64,000 bases of DNA from Candidatus Alloenteromonas pullistercoris. GTDB lineage: Bacteria > Bacillota_I > Bacilli_A > RFN20 > CAG-826. Position numbers and translations under genes: made by a program. Positions 9,623-17,609 of this stretch are shown here, piece by piece (positions within the stretch are counted from its first letter, which is position 1; every line of letters starts with the position of its first letter). The stretch spans positions 5,754-69,753 of the forward strand of contig JADINA010000007.1 in assembly GCA_017694295.1 (NCBI GenBank), given 5' to 3'. A model generated the notes under the pieces. The model was given only the letters and a program-made list of their open reading frames with translations. It was not told where the DNA came from and did no database searches.

Positions 9623-10513
9623 TTACTTGCGATAGCTTATGTCTATTTTATCGGACTTGACCTTTTTGTCGACGGTCCCGACGTAGGATGAATCGAATCT
9701 GATGGTGCCTTCCGGGCAGCTGTAGATGACTTCTTTCGCCCCTTTGGCGAAAAGCCCGTCATAGGCTTTCAGCCTTTCCTCCTTCCGCTTGTCGGAGAGG
9801 CCGAAATATATCTCGGCCGCGATGATGCAATAGGCCAGCGAGGACATCCCGAGTATCCCGTAGTCGTCTTGGAGGTAGATGGTTATCGAGCCAAGCACCG
9901 GTATCCTTATCCCGGCGTAGCGGCCGTTGACCATCTCCAGGGTGACGCGGACGTTGTCCGGGGTCGAGTTGGCGTCGCCTTGGGTGAGGAGAGAGCCGTC
10001 GTCGTAGAAGCCGACGACCCGGTGGATGACGTTTATGCCCTCGGGATGGGCGTAGCTCACGATGTCGTAAAGCTTGATGGCCTCTAGGGAATCGACCCTT
10101 TCGATGACGACGATGTCGTCGACCTGCAGCCTTTCATCGTGCCCTTGCAGCTCCTGCGCCCTTTCCGGGGCGAGAGTGGACATCGACGGGGTCAAGACGA
10201 CTCCCAGCGAATAAGGGATCCCCAAGCCCGGCATTGCGCGCGTGAAGATCAAAACCGCGCACACGCCAAGCACCAAGAAGAAGAAGCAGTTGCCCAAAAT
10301 GGCTGCCGCTTTGCGGGCCCCGCGGGCCTTTTTCGAGCGCGAGCAGCTCACCACCTTCTCCTCAAGTATCTCGAAATCGAGCTTCCCCTCGCCCGTTTCC
10401 TTCTTGTCGACGCGAAGCATCCAAATCAAGAAGGCGGTGAGGGCGAGGAGAAGGACGATGACCGATACCAGGACGATGGTGAAGACGATTGAAAGGCAAA
10501 CCGGGAAAGCCAT
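9623..10513 (-). CDS. sipW: SipW-type (ER/archaeal-type) signal peptidase I with extra N-terminal TM and C-terminal extension
   Basis: Box B LTPSMSTL (Ser nucleophile), box C VDDIVVIE, box D NVIHRVVG (His rather than Lys), box E TQGDANSTPD; 296 aa versus ~190 aa for B. subtilis SipW. Confidence 0.7.
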   Translation of the reverse strand: MAFPVCLSIVFTIVLVSVIVLLLALTAFLIWMLRVDKKETGEGKLDFEILEEKVVSCSRSKKARGARKAAAILGNCFFFLVLGVCAVLIFTRAMPGLGIPYSLGVVLTPSMSTLAPERAQELQGHDERLQVDDIVVIERVDSLEAIKLYDIVSYAHPEGINVIHRVVGFYDDGSLLTQGDANSTPDNVRVTLEMVNGRYAGIRIPVLGSITIYLQDDYGILGMSSLAYCIIAAEIYFGLSDKRKEERLKAYDGLFAKGAKEVIYSCPEGTIRFDSSYVGTVDKKVKSDKIDISYRK

Positions 10514-10533
10514 CCCCTATATTATATAAGGAA

Positions 10534-11181
10534 TTAGGCGCCGGCTCCCGAGGCTAGCTGAACCGTGACGGTGCAGGTGATGGTCGTGGAGTTGATGGCG
10601 GTTTGGAAAGCTTCCATCGCATCCCAGGCGCCGTTCCCATCGGGATAGGTGGTGTTGACCCACTTGAGGAAGCCGCCTTGATATTTCGAAGCCCACTCAA
10701 GGGTGATGGGGAGGGTGCAGGTCTTGACGGTGTCGACGCCCTCGCCCTCGCCTTCTTGCGCCCAAGCGGGATCAAGGCTTTCTTTCGCGACGGTGATGGT
10801 TTTGTTAGAAAGAGTCAGATAGGTCTCGTCGCTGATCTTGACGGTGACGGTGACGCTGGCCCAGGATTCGGGATTTCCGGTGACGGAAAGGCCAAGGGAG
10901 AACGTGCGGTCGTTTTTCGCGTCGCCATCGACCTGGCCAATATTGTTGTCGGTCAGGTCCTCGTATCCATCGACATCAAGGACACCTTCTTTGACGGAGG
11001 CGGCGAGGTTAACGACGTTGTTCTGGATGACGACGTCGCTGATGTTGATGCCGTCATTCACGTCTTGCGTCTTGTTCCCGCCGGAGAGGGTGAGGGCGGC
11101 GTAGGTGCCGCCGATCGTCGCAACCGCGCCTAGGACTAGTGCGCTGGTGACGACGAGCTTTATTTTGCTTGTTTTGGTCAT
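10534..11181 (-). CDS. Secreted TasA/camelysin-like protein (paralog 1)
   Basis: Start re-assigned to ATG at 11181 (MTKTSKIKLVVTSALVLGAVATIGGTYAALTLSGG) with GGAGG RBS 8 nt upstream; N-terminus matches the TasA/camelysin signal (GGTFAYFSD-like); lies directly upstream of the SipW-like gene as in tapA-sipW-tasA. Confidence 0.55.
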   Translation of the reverse strand: MTKTSKIKLVVTSALVLGAVATIGGTYAALTLSGGNKTQDVNDGINISDVVIQNNVVNLAASVKEGVLDVDGYEDLTDNNIGQVDGDAKNDRTFSLGLSVTGNPESWASVTVTVKISDETYLTLSNKTITVAKESLDPAWAQEGEGEGVDTVKTCTLPITLEWASKYQGGFLKWVNTTYPDGNGAWDAMEAFQTAINSTTITCTVTVQLASGAGA

Positions 11182-11289
11182 CAAAGTGACCTCCTTGTGA
11201 TTGAAAGATAAGGAGCGATGGAAAGACCTTACAAGCAAAAATTCGAAAAAGTTTGCAATTTGTTTTTTCATTGACGTCCCTTTTAACAT

Positions 11290-11498
11290 ACTTTTGCGGG
11301 TAATTGTGTTGCTTTGCGCCTTTTTCCGACTGCCTCTAAGACGGTTTACAAAGTTGATAGTTTCATTCTAATAAAGTTAGTTTTCGAACTTTTTCCTTAT
11401 TTTGTTTTGAAAATTCGAGGATTTTTCGCAATTTATATATAAGAAAATATGCATGTGGATATTCCAAAACGAGGAAAAAAGACATAAAATACGTATAT
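11290..11498. promoter_or_regulatory. AT-rich divergent intergenic region; probable promoters for the minus-strand TasA/SipW operon and the plus-strand Fic-like gene
   Basis: ~210 bp of markedly AT-rich sequence between divergently oriented genes; contains TTGACG, TTGAAA and TATATAT elements; exact -35/-10 not assigned. Confidence 0.35.
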
Positions 11499-12458
11499 AT
11501 GGATAGGATTTCTTCGCCCTACCGGGCCTCATTCTCCACATCCAACGCGGTGGTCATGGCCTTGACCTCGCTTGCCTTCAAAGCCGGGCGCCTTTCCTCT
11601 TTGGCTTATAAACAAGACATTGACGAAGCCTCCTTGGAGGAATCCAAGGCGTATTTGAGGTCGGTCGGCGTGAAGCTCACGCCCTCCCAGGCCCGCGGCC
11701 TAGGGTTAGGGGAAAACGTGAAATCCGCCCCGATCGCCAAGCCGACGACAGAGCTTTTCAAAGCCGTCAACAGGCAAGGGCCATTGGGGAAGGAGTTCGT
11801 CGAACGCTTTGCCAAAATTCTTTGGGGGGAAGACGTGCCGGTTAGGCTATCCCGCCGGGTCAAGGGCTTCGATTACCCGATCCCGCCCCACGCCAAGGTG
11901 GACGGCCTCCTTGACAAGACCTTTGCCTTCCTCGCCCAGGCCGATGGCAAGGTAAGCCCCCTACTTCTTTCCGGGCTTTGCCTATACATGGTGATGGCGA
12001 TCATGCCCTTTAGCGAGCATACCCTTCTTCTCGCGATACTTTTCGCCAAGGGTGAGCTCATCAGCTTCCGGCGGGAGTTCGTCGGAGTCAATCTGACCAA
12101 GCACCTTTTGGAAAACGAACAGACCCTATCCGAGGCTTACGCGAAAGCAAACGAGAAAAGCGACATGGCCCCCTACCTCATCGCCTATATGGGCGTGGTC
12201 GAGGAGGCGATCGAGGAGGCGATCCGCCGAGGTGTGAGCAAACGGGGCGGTCTCACCCCGATGGCCAAACGGATGGTCGAGTTAATGGAGGATGGCCGCT
12301 ACTACAGCGCCGCCGAGCTGCTTGGCATTTTGGGGTTGAAGTCGAGGCTCGGTTTGCAGAAGAATTACCTTCAGCCGGCCTTAAAGGCCCGGCTCATCGA
12401 GATGAGCAACCCGCTCTCCCCCACCGACAGGAACCAGCGTTACCGCCTCAAGAAATAG
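11499..12458 (+). CDS. Fic/DOC-family-like protein with degenerate active-site motif and C-terminal wHTH
   Basis: Fic-like helical core with MPFSEHTLLLA in place of canonical HPFx(D/E)GNGR; C-terminal SAAELLGILGLKSR...RYRLKK typical of Fic-associated winged helix. Confidence 0.45.
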   Translation: MDRISSPYRASFSTSNAVVMALTSLAFKAGRLSSLAYKQDIDEASLEESKAYLRSVGVKLTPSQARGLGLGENVKSAPIAKPTTELFKAVNRQGPLGKEFVERFAKILWGEDVPVRLSRRVKGFDYPIPPHAKVDGLLDKTFAFLAQADGKVSPLLLSGLCLYMVMAIMPFSEHTLLLAILFAKGELISFRREFVGVNLTKHLLENEQTLSEAYAKANEKSDMAPYLIAYMGVVEEAIEEAIRRGVSKRGGLTPMAKRMVELMEDGRYYSAAELLGILGLKSRLGLQKNYLQPALKARLIEMSNPLSPTDRNQRYRLKK

Positions 12459-12462
12459 AAAA

Positions 12463-12891
12463 ATGGTCTTCGCATCGATATTCTTATTCGCCTTTGTCGC
12501 CTTCATCATCGCCTCCTGCGTCTGTTTTGCGAAAAAAAAGGAAACGGAATGGACTCTTTTGTCCTTGGTCGCGGTCTTCGCCATCGTCTCCGGGATATGC
12601 GCCATCGTCTTTTTTGCTAAAGAACCCAAGCAAATGGACCAGACCGCGAGGAACTGGGCCGGGGCTTCATATTTCCTCTGCGCCCTTTTCCTTTGCGCCA
12701 ACTCTTTTTCCAAGCGCCTCCCCAAATACGGGAAGCCGATCGGCATCGCCTCGCTTTCCCTTTTCCTTATATTCGGATGCGTTTTGCTTGGCCTTCTTTT
12801 CTTTTATGGCCGGGATTGGATCGACAACGAGACCGTCATCTCCTCCTCCAAGCCCTCCTCCCTATTGGCCATTTTGCAAATTGCCTATTGA
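12463..12891 (+). CDS. Small 4-TM membrane protein, unknown function
   Basis: 142-aa hydrophobic ORF immediately downstream of the Fic-like gene. Confidence 0.5.
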   Translation: MVFASIFLFAFVAFIIASCVCFAKKKETEWTLLSLVAVFAIVSGICAIVFFAKEPKQMDQTARNWAGASYFLCALFLCANSFSKRLPKYGKPIGIASLSLFLIFGCVLLGLLFFYGRDWIDNETVISSSKPSSLLAILQIAY

Positions 12892-13012
12892 ATAGCTTCC
12901 CGAAAAGGGTATCATAGCCACGTCGAAAGACGTAGAAAGCAGTCGCGCCGGCGACTCGCCAGATCCCCAACGGGGGTTGGCAACCTGCTACAAAGGAAGA
13001 AAAAGCAGATTC

Positions 13013-13045
13013 AGCCGGAAGATTGCCTTCCGGCTTATTTCGATT
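13013..13045 (+). terminator. Leader hairpin + U-tract upstream of infC (candidate L20-responsive attenuator)
   Basis: Perfect 9-bp stem AGCCGGAAG-attgc-CTTCCGGCT followed by TATTTCGATT, ending just before the infC RBS. Confidence 0.4.
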
Positions 13046-13062
13046 AATGGAGGAAAAACAAC

Positions 13063-13617
13063 ATCGCCTACTTCGACAGACAAGACACGCGCCGCCCCCA
13101 AAAGCGCCTCGACCCCATCAATGAGCATATCCGCTACCCGGAAGTCATGGTCATTGGTCCAGACGGAAACAACCTCGGGAGGATGAGCAGCCGCGCCGCC
13201 AATGAGCTCGCCGCCTCCTACTCCCTCGATTTGTTCTGCGTCGCCCCCAACGCCAACCCCCCGGTGTGCAAGATACTCAACTACGGGAAATACCGTTTCG
13301 AGAAGCAGAAGTCGGAAAGGGCCCAGCGGAAAAACGCCAAGGCCACCCAGCTTAAGGAAATCCAGCTCCACATCTCGATCGGCGAGCACGATCTCCGGAC
13401 CAAAGCCAAGCAATCGGTCAAGTTCCTGGAGGACGGGGACAAAGTCAACATCCGCGTCGTCTTGAAAGGCCGCGAGATGGCCCACCAGGACCTCGGCGAG
13501 GAGCTGCTTAAGCGCTTCGTCGGTGTGTTGGCGGAGTCAACCCCCATCAGCATCGAAAGGCCGCCCTTCTGGGAAGGCAAGGTCTACTCGTCGATCGTCA
13601 GCAAGAAGAAGAAATAG
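13063..13617 (+). CDS. infC: Translation initiation factor IF-3, probably initiated at non-AUG codon (AUC at 13063)
   Basis: Annotated ATG at 13147 removes the conserved N-domain. The in-frame upstream reading (…INEHIRYPEVMVIGPDGNNLG) aligns with the IF3 N-terminus. No ATG/GTG/TTG lies between the in-frame stop at 13045 and 13147. GGAGG at 13049..13053 sits 9 nt before ATC 13063. Confidence 0.85.
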   Translation: MAYFDRQDTRRPQKRLDPINEHIRYPEVMVIGPDGNNLGRMSSRAANELAASYSLDLFCVAPNANPPVCKILNYGKYRFEKQKSERAQRKNAKATQLKEIQLHISIGEHDLRTKAKQSVKFLEDGDKVNIRVVLKGREMAHQDLGEELLKRFVGVLAESTPISIERPPFWEGKVYSSIVSKKKK

Positions 13618-13628
13618 GAGGAACAACC

Positions 13629-13823
13629 ATGCCGAAGATGAAATCCAACCGCTCGTTGATGAAGCGCATCAAGGTCACGGGCAACGGCAAAATCAAATTC
13701 ATTCACGCTTACAAAGGGCACCACGCCCCCTACAAAACCCCGAAGCAGTGCCGCCAATTGCGCCGCTCGGGCATGATGGACAAGACCGACTACAGCCGCG
13801 TCAAGTTCATGATCATCAAGTAA
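13629..13823 (+). CDS. rpmI: 50S ribosomal protein L35
   Basis: [21 protein letters not shown]... basic 64-aa protein in infC-rpmI-rplT order; AGGAGG RBS. Confidence 0.9.
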   Translation: MPKMKSNRSLMKRIKVTGNGKIKFIHAYKGHHAPYKTPKQCRQLRRSGMMDKTDYSRVKFMIIK

Positions 13824-13839
13824 GAGGAGGAAGAAGACA

Positions 13840-14196
13840 ATGGCAAGAGTCAAAGGCGGAACCGTCACCCGCGCCCGCCGCAAGAAGATATTGAAGGCCG
13901 CCGAGGGCTATTTCGGCTCCAAGCACCTTCTGTTCAAAACCGCCAAAGAGCAGGTTTGCCACTCGCTTAAGTACGCTTATGAGTCCCGCCGGCTCATCAA
14001 GCGCGACTTCCGCAAGCTCTGGATCAAGCGCATCAACGCCGCCTGCCACCAAAACGGCCTCTCCTATTCGAAATTCATGAGCGGCTTGAAGAAGAGCGGC
14101 ATCGCCCTCAACCGGAAGATGCTCTCCGAGCTCGCCATCAACGACCCCAAGGCCTTCGCCTCGCTCGCCGAGACCGCCAAAAAGGCCATCGCCTAA
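13840..14196 (+). CDS. rplT: 50S ribosomal protein L20
   Basis: [19 protein letters not shown]... canonical L20. Confidence 0.95.
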   Translation: MARVKGGTVTRARRKKILKAAEGYFGSKHLLFKTAKEQVCHSLKYAYESRRLIKRDFRKLWIKRINAACHQNGLSYSKFMSGLKKSGIALNRKMLSELAINDPKAFASLAETAKKAIA

Positions 14197-14210
14197 TCGC
14201 GATTCATATT

Positions 14211-14233
14211 GCCCCGGAGACGGGGCTTTTCTT
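14211..14233 (+). terminator. Rho-independent terminator after rplT
   Basis: GCCCCG-gaga-CGGGGC followed by TTTTCTT. Confidence 0.6.
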
Positions 14234-14261
14234 ATAATTGACAAAAGAAAGGATAAAACAA

Positions 14262-15263
14262 ATGAACAAAAACCTCCTTCTCATCCCCGCTTCCGCCCTA
14301 TTGCTTATCGCCTGCGGCGGAAACGGCCCCTCCGCCGAATTCGACGGCGACCCCGTCACCGACCCCAACGAGGTCGTAAACGCCCTCAACTCCGCCCTTT
14401 CCAACATCGACTTGGCCAAAGGCCTTTCCGTCTCGCTTGAAACCGATGGCCAAAGCGTGGCCAAGACCACCGATACCACGGTGAGCATGCAAATCGAAAG
14501 CACCACCACCGTCGAATACGACGTCAAGCTTGACGCCAAAGTCGCCGGGCTTAAGCAAAACGAGTCCTTCCCGACCAGCGACATCTACGTCGAGGCCGGA
14601 CTTACCGGCTCGGCGAGCCTCTCGGTGGATATGTCGAGCGCTGGCGAATCGCTTATGAACACCGCCTTCGACATCCCCTCCCTCGATGAGCAGCTCCACA
14701 TCAAGGACAACGTCCTTTACGTTGACATAAGCGATGGCGCCGCCGATGCCATCGCCGAGCTGATGGTCGCGGTTTCTGGCTCTACGGGCACGGAAGTGCA
14801 AGTGCCGCAGAAGATATCGATGGATCTCGGCGCCGACACGATCGATGCGATCATGATCCCCGATAGCCTTGGGGAATACGAGGAAACGATAAGGCAGATG
14901 CTTGAGCCCAACGCCGTGAGCTTCGCCACCATCGAAGTCGAGAAGAAGGACGGGGTTTACAACATCAAGATGGACATCGACGCAGACGAGTACAACGCCT
15001 TCATGGAAGAGATGAACGGAGGCGGCGTCTCCACCGGCACCGAGGTCCCGACCTTGGCCAAAGACTGCTCCGCCACCCTCCGCTTCAACGAGGAAGGCAC
15101 CGAGCTGTATTACTTCATGGACGGCTATGACGTGTCCGTCGGGGATGAAACCCGCAGCGTCGTCAACTCGCTTGTCCTCTCCATCGCCGTTGAGGACGTC
15201 TCCACCTCCTGGACGCCAGGGGATGGATACCTCCCGGTTTCCGAAAGCGGGCCGACCGCCTAA
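14262..15263 (+). CDS. Lipoprotein, unknown function
   Basis: Start re-assigned from TTG 14238 to ATG 14262 (MNKNLLLIPASALLLIACGG lipobox) with AAAGGA RBS. Confidence 0.6.
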   Translation: MNKNLLLIPASALLLIACGGNGPSAEFDGDPVTDPNEVVNALNSALSNIDLAKGLSVSLETDGQSVAKTTDTTVSMQIESTTTVEYDVKLDAKVAGLKQNESFPTSDIYVEAGLTGSASLSVDMSSAGESLMNTAFDIPSLDEQLHIKDNVLYVDISDGAADAIAELMVAVSGSTGTEVQVPQKISMDLGADTIDAIMIPDSLGEYEETIRQMLEPNAVSFATIEVEKKDGVYNIKMDIDADEYNAFMEEMNGGGVSTGTEVPTLAKDCSATLRFNEEGTELYYFMDGYDVSVGDETRSVVNSLVLSIAVEDVSTSWTPGDGYLPVSESGPTA

Positions 15264-15275
15264 ATTGGAAAAGAG

Positions 15276-15312
15276 CCGGTTGCCAATTGGCGATCGGCTT
15301 TTTCCTTTGGCG
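15276..15312. terminator. Convergent (bidirectional) terminator between the lipoprotein gene and thiI
   Basis: AGCCG/CGGCT stem around the palindrome GCCAATTGGC, followed by TTTTTCC. Confidence 0.35.
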
Positions 15313-15318
15313 AAACGA

Positions 15319-16482
15319 TTACCTGGAAACGAAGATGGGCGAAATCCCGTTTATGGCCTCCTCGATCATCTTCTCATAATCGAAAAGCGCTTCATAACGG
15401 AGGCAATGGGCCAAATCGGGTTTGGTCTTGGGGTGGCGCGGCTTGAAGATGGTGCAGCAATCCTCAAACGGGCGGATGGAGATGTCGAAGGTTCCGATTT
15501 CCTTGGCCTTGTCGATGACGTCGACTTTGTCACTCACGCATAATGGGCGCAGGAAAGGGAAGGAGGTGACCTCGTTGATGACCTGCATCGACTCAAGGGT
15601 CTGCGAGGCGACTTGCCCGATCGATTCGCCGCTGGCGATGGCCAATGACCCCCTGGAGGCGGCAAGTTTCGCCGCGATGCGGACCATCATGCGGCGCATT
15701 ATGGTGATGCAATATGGCTCGGGGACGTGCTCGTAAATCGCCTCCTGGATCTTGGTGAAGGGGACGACGTCGAGGCGGATGTCGCTTTGATAGGGGGTCA
15801 ATAGATAAAGGATGTCCTTAAGCTTATCGATGACGGCTTCGCTGGTATACGGGGGTGAGGCGAAATGGACGCATTCGATCTTGATGCCGCGCCGAAGCAG
15901 GCTATAGGCGGCGACCGGGGAATCGATCCCCCCGCTTAATAGCATCGTCGCCTTGCCGATGCTCCCTAGCGGATACCCGCCTAATCCCTTTATCGAGCCG
16001 GTGGAAAGATAGCAGCAGCCCTCCCTCACCTGGACTCGCAATGTTAGCTCAGGATGGTGGAGGTCGACGGATAGTCCCTTCCCTTCCTTTAACGCCCTAT
16101 CGGCGATCAGGCGGCAAACCCCATAGGAATCAAGCGGATATCCCTTATCGGCCCTACTGGCCTCGACCTTGAAGGTCTTTTTGCCGGAATCGAGGATAAG
16201 CTTGGCTCCGAATTCGGCAAGCTCCTCGACGTCCTTCCCGCATTCATAGCCCGGGGATATCTTGATGATGCCGGGGACGCAAAGGAGGCGTTTGACGGCC
16301 TCCTCGCCCTCTTTTTGCCCGTTGAGTTTGACGTATATGTGGTCCCTTCTTCCGTTTACCTCGACCGAAAGCCCGGAAAGGGCCCTTTTGACGTTGCGGG
16401 TCAAAATGGAGATGAACTCCCTTCTGTTGTTGCCTTTCGTCGAAAGCTCGCCATAGTGGATAAGCAGGTAATCGCAGTTCAT
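15319..16482 (-). CDS. thiI: tRNA 4-thiouridine synthase / sulfurtransferase ThiI
   Basis: Start re-assigned to ATG 16482 (MNCDYLLIHYGELSTKGNNR, THUMP N-terminus) with AGGAGG RBS; PP-loop SGGIDSPVAA. Confidence 0.85.
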   Translation of the reverse strand: MNCDYLLIHYGELSTKGNNRREFISILTRNVKRALSGLSVEVNGRRDHIYVKLNGQKEGEEAVKRLLCVPGIIKISPGYECGKDVEELAEFGAKLILDSGKKTFKVEASRADKGYPLDSYGVCRLIADRALKEGKGLSVDLHHPELTLRVQVREGCCYLSTGSIKGLGGYPLGSIGKATMLLSGGIDSPVAAYSLLRRGIKIECVHFASPPYTSEAVIDKLKDILYLLTPYQSDIRLDVVPFTKIQEAIYEHVPEPYCITIMRRMMVRIAAKLAASRGSLAIASGESIGQVASQTLESMQVINEVTSFPFLRPLCVSDKVDVIDKAKEIGTFDISIRPFEDCCTIFKPRHPKTKPDLAHCLRYEALFDYEKMIEEAINGISPIFVSR

Positions 16483-17609
16483 AATGGCCTGACCTCCTTG
16501 AATAAAACCGTTAACGCCTCCAATAGCCCATCGACCTCCTCGGGGGTGGAGAAGGCGGAGAAGGAGACGCGGATCGGGTTGGCGCATTCCCTTTCCTCCC
16601 GCCCCATCGCCTTCAAGACGTAGGAGGAATTTTCCCTTTTCGAGGAGCAGGCCGAGACGGAGGAGACGCAATAGCCCATGTTCGAAAGCCCCTCGACGAT
16701 GACCGAGGCCTTGTGGCGGAGGGTGGAGAAGGAAAGGATGAAGGGGGATTGTCGGGGGGATTCGTGTAGCTTTACTAGCCCGGTAAAGGCAGTTAGTCCT
16801 TCCTTAAGGCGGGCGTAAAGCAATGTGGCCCTCTCCTTTGCCGCCTCCTGTTCCTTAACCGATAGCTCAAGGGCGACGGCAAGGGCGGAAGCGGAGGCCA
16901 CGTCGACCGTCCCGGCCCGTAGGCCCAACTCCTGCTCGCCACCATCGATAAGCGGCTTGATCCTAAGCCCTTTGCGGATAACCAAGGCCCCAACTCCCTT
17001 GGGAGCCCCGATTTTATGTCCGGAAAAGGAGATGAAATCGGCTTTTGAGTAATCGAAATCCTCTTTGCCGACGGCTTGGGTGGCGTCGACTAAAAGCAAG
17101 GTCTTCGGGTTATCGCGGCGAAGCGAATAAAACGCATCCAAATCGGAGATGGCCCCGGTTTCGTTGTTGACGGCCATAACGGCGCATAGAATGGCGCCGC
17201 TTATCATCTTTCCGGCCTCCATCGGATCGGGGGCCCCATCGCGGAGGGGAATGGGGAGGGCGGATATCCCAAGGCGGGAAAGAGAGGCGCAGGATTCGAT
17301 GACCGAAGGGTGCTCGCCAGCCCCGTAGATTACCTTGTCGCCGCGGCTATTGAAGGCAAGAGACGTCCCCTTGATGGCGAGGTTGTTGGCCTCGCTGGCC
17401 CCGCTTAGGAAAAGGCAATCGTGCGTTTTGGTTAGCTTAAGGGAGGAAAGGACGCTTTCCCTTGCCTTTGCCAAAACGCGGGCCGCCTTATACCCGGCTT
17501 CGTGGATCGAGGATGGGTTGCCCCAGGATTGGGAATTGACTTCCAGATAGGCCTCAAGGGCCTCTTTCCTTATGAAGCAGGTGGCGGCGAAATCGAGGTA
17601 GGCTTTCAT
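16479..17609 (-). CDS. Cysteine desulfurase (NifS/IscS class V aminotransferase; NifZ-like, paired with ThiI)
   Basis: PLP-lysine motif SFSGHKIGAPKGVGALVIRKG; 4-nt overlap with thiI as in the B. subtilis nifZ-thiI operon. Confidence 0.85.
   Translation of the reverse strand: MKAYLDFAATCFIRKEALEAYLEVNSQSWGNPSSIHEAGYKAARVLAKARESVLSSLKLTKTHDCLFLSGASEANNLAIKGTSLAFNSRGDKVIYGAGEHPSVIESCASLSRLGISALPIPLRDGAPDPMEAGKMISGAILCAVMAVNNETGAISDLDAFYSLRRDNPKTLLLVDATQAVGKEDFDYSKADFISFSGHKIGAPKGVGALVIRKGLRIKPLIDGGEQELGLRAGTVDVASASALAVALELSVKEQEAAKERATLLYARLKEGLTAFTGLVKLHESPRQSPFILSFSTLRHKASVIVEGLSNMGYCVSSVSACSSKRENSSYVLKAMGREERECANPIRVSFSAFSTPEEVDGLLEALTVLFKEVRPL

Noticed and set aside
13147-13149. ATG at 13147 as infC start
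   Set aside because: Removes the conserved IF3 N-domain, which is encoded in frame upstream; a non-AUG start at 13063 with a GGAGG RBS is more consistent with IF3 biology
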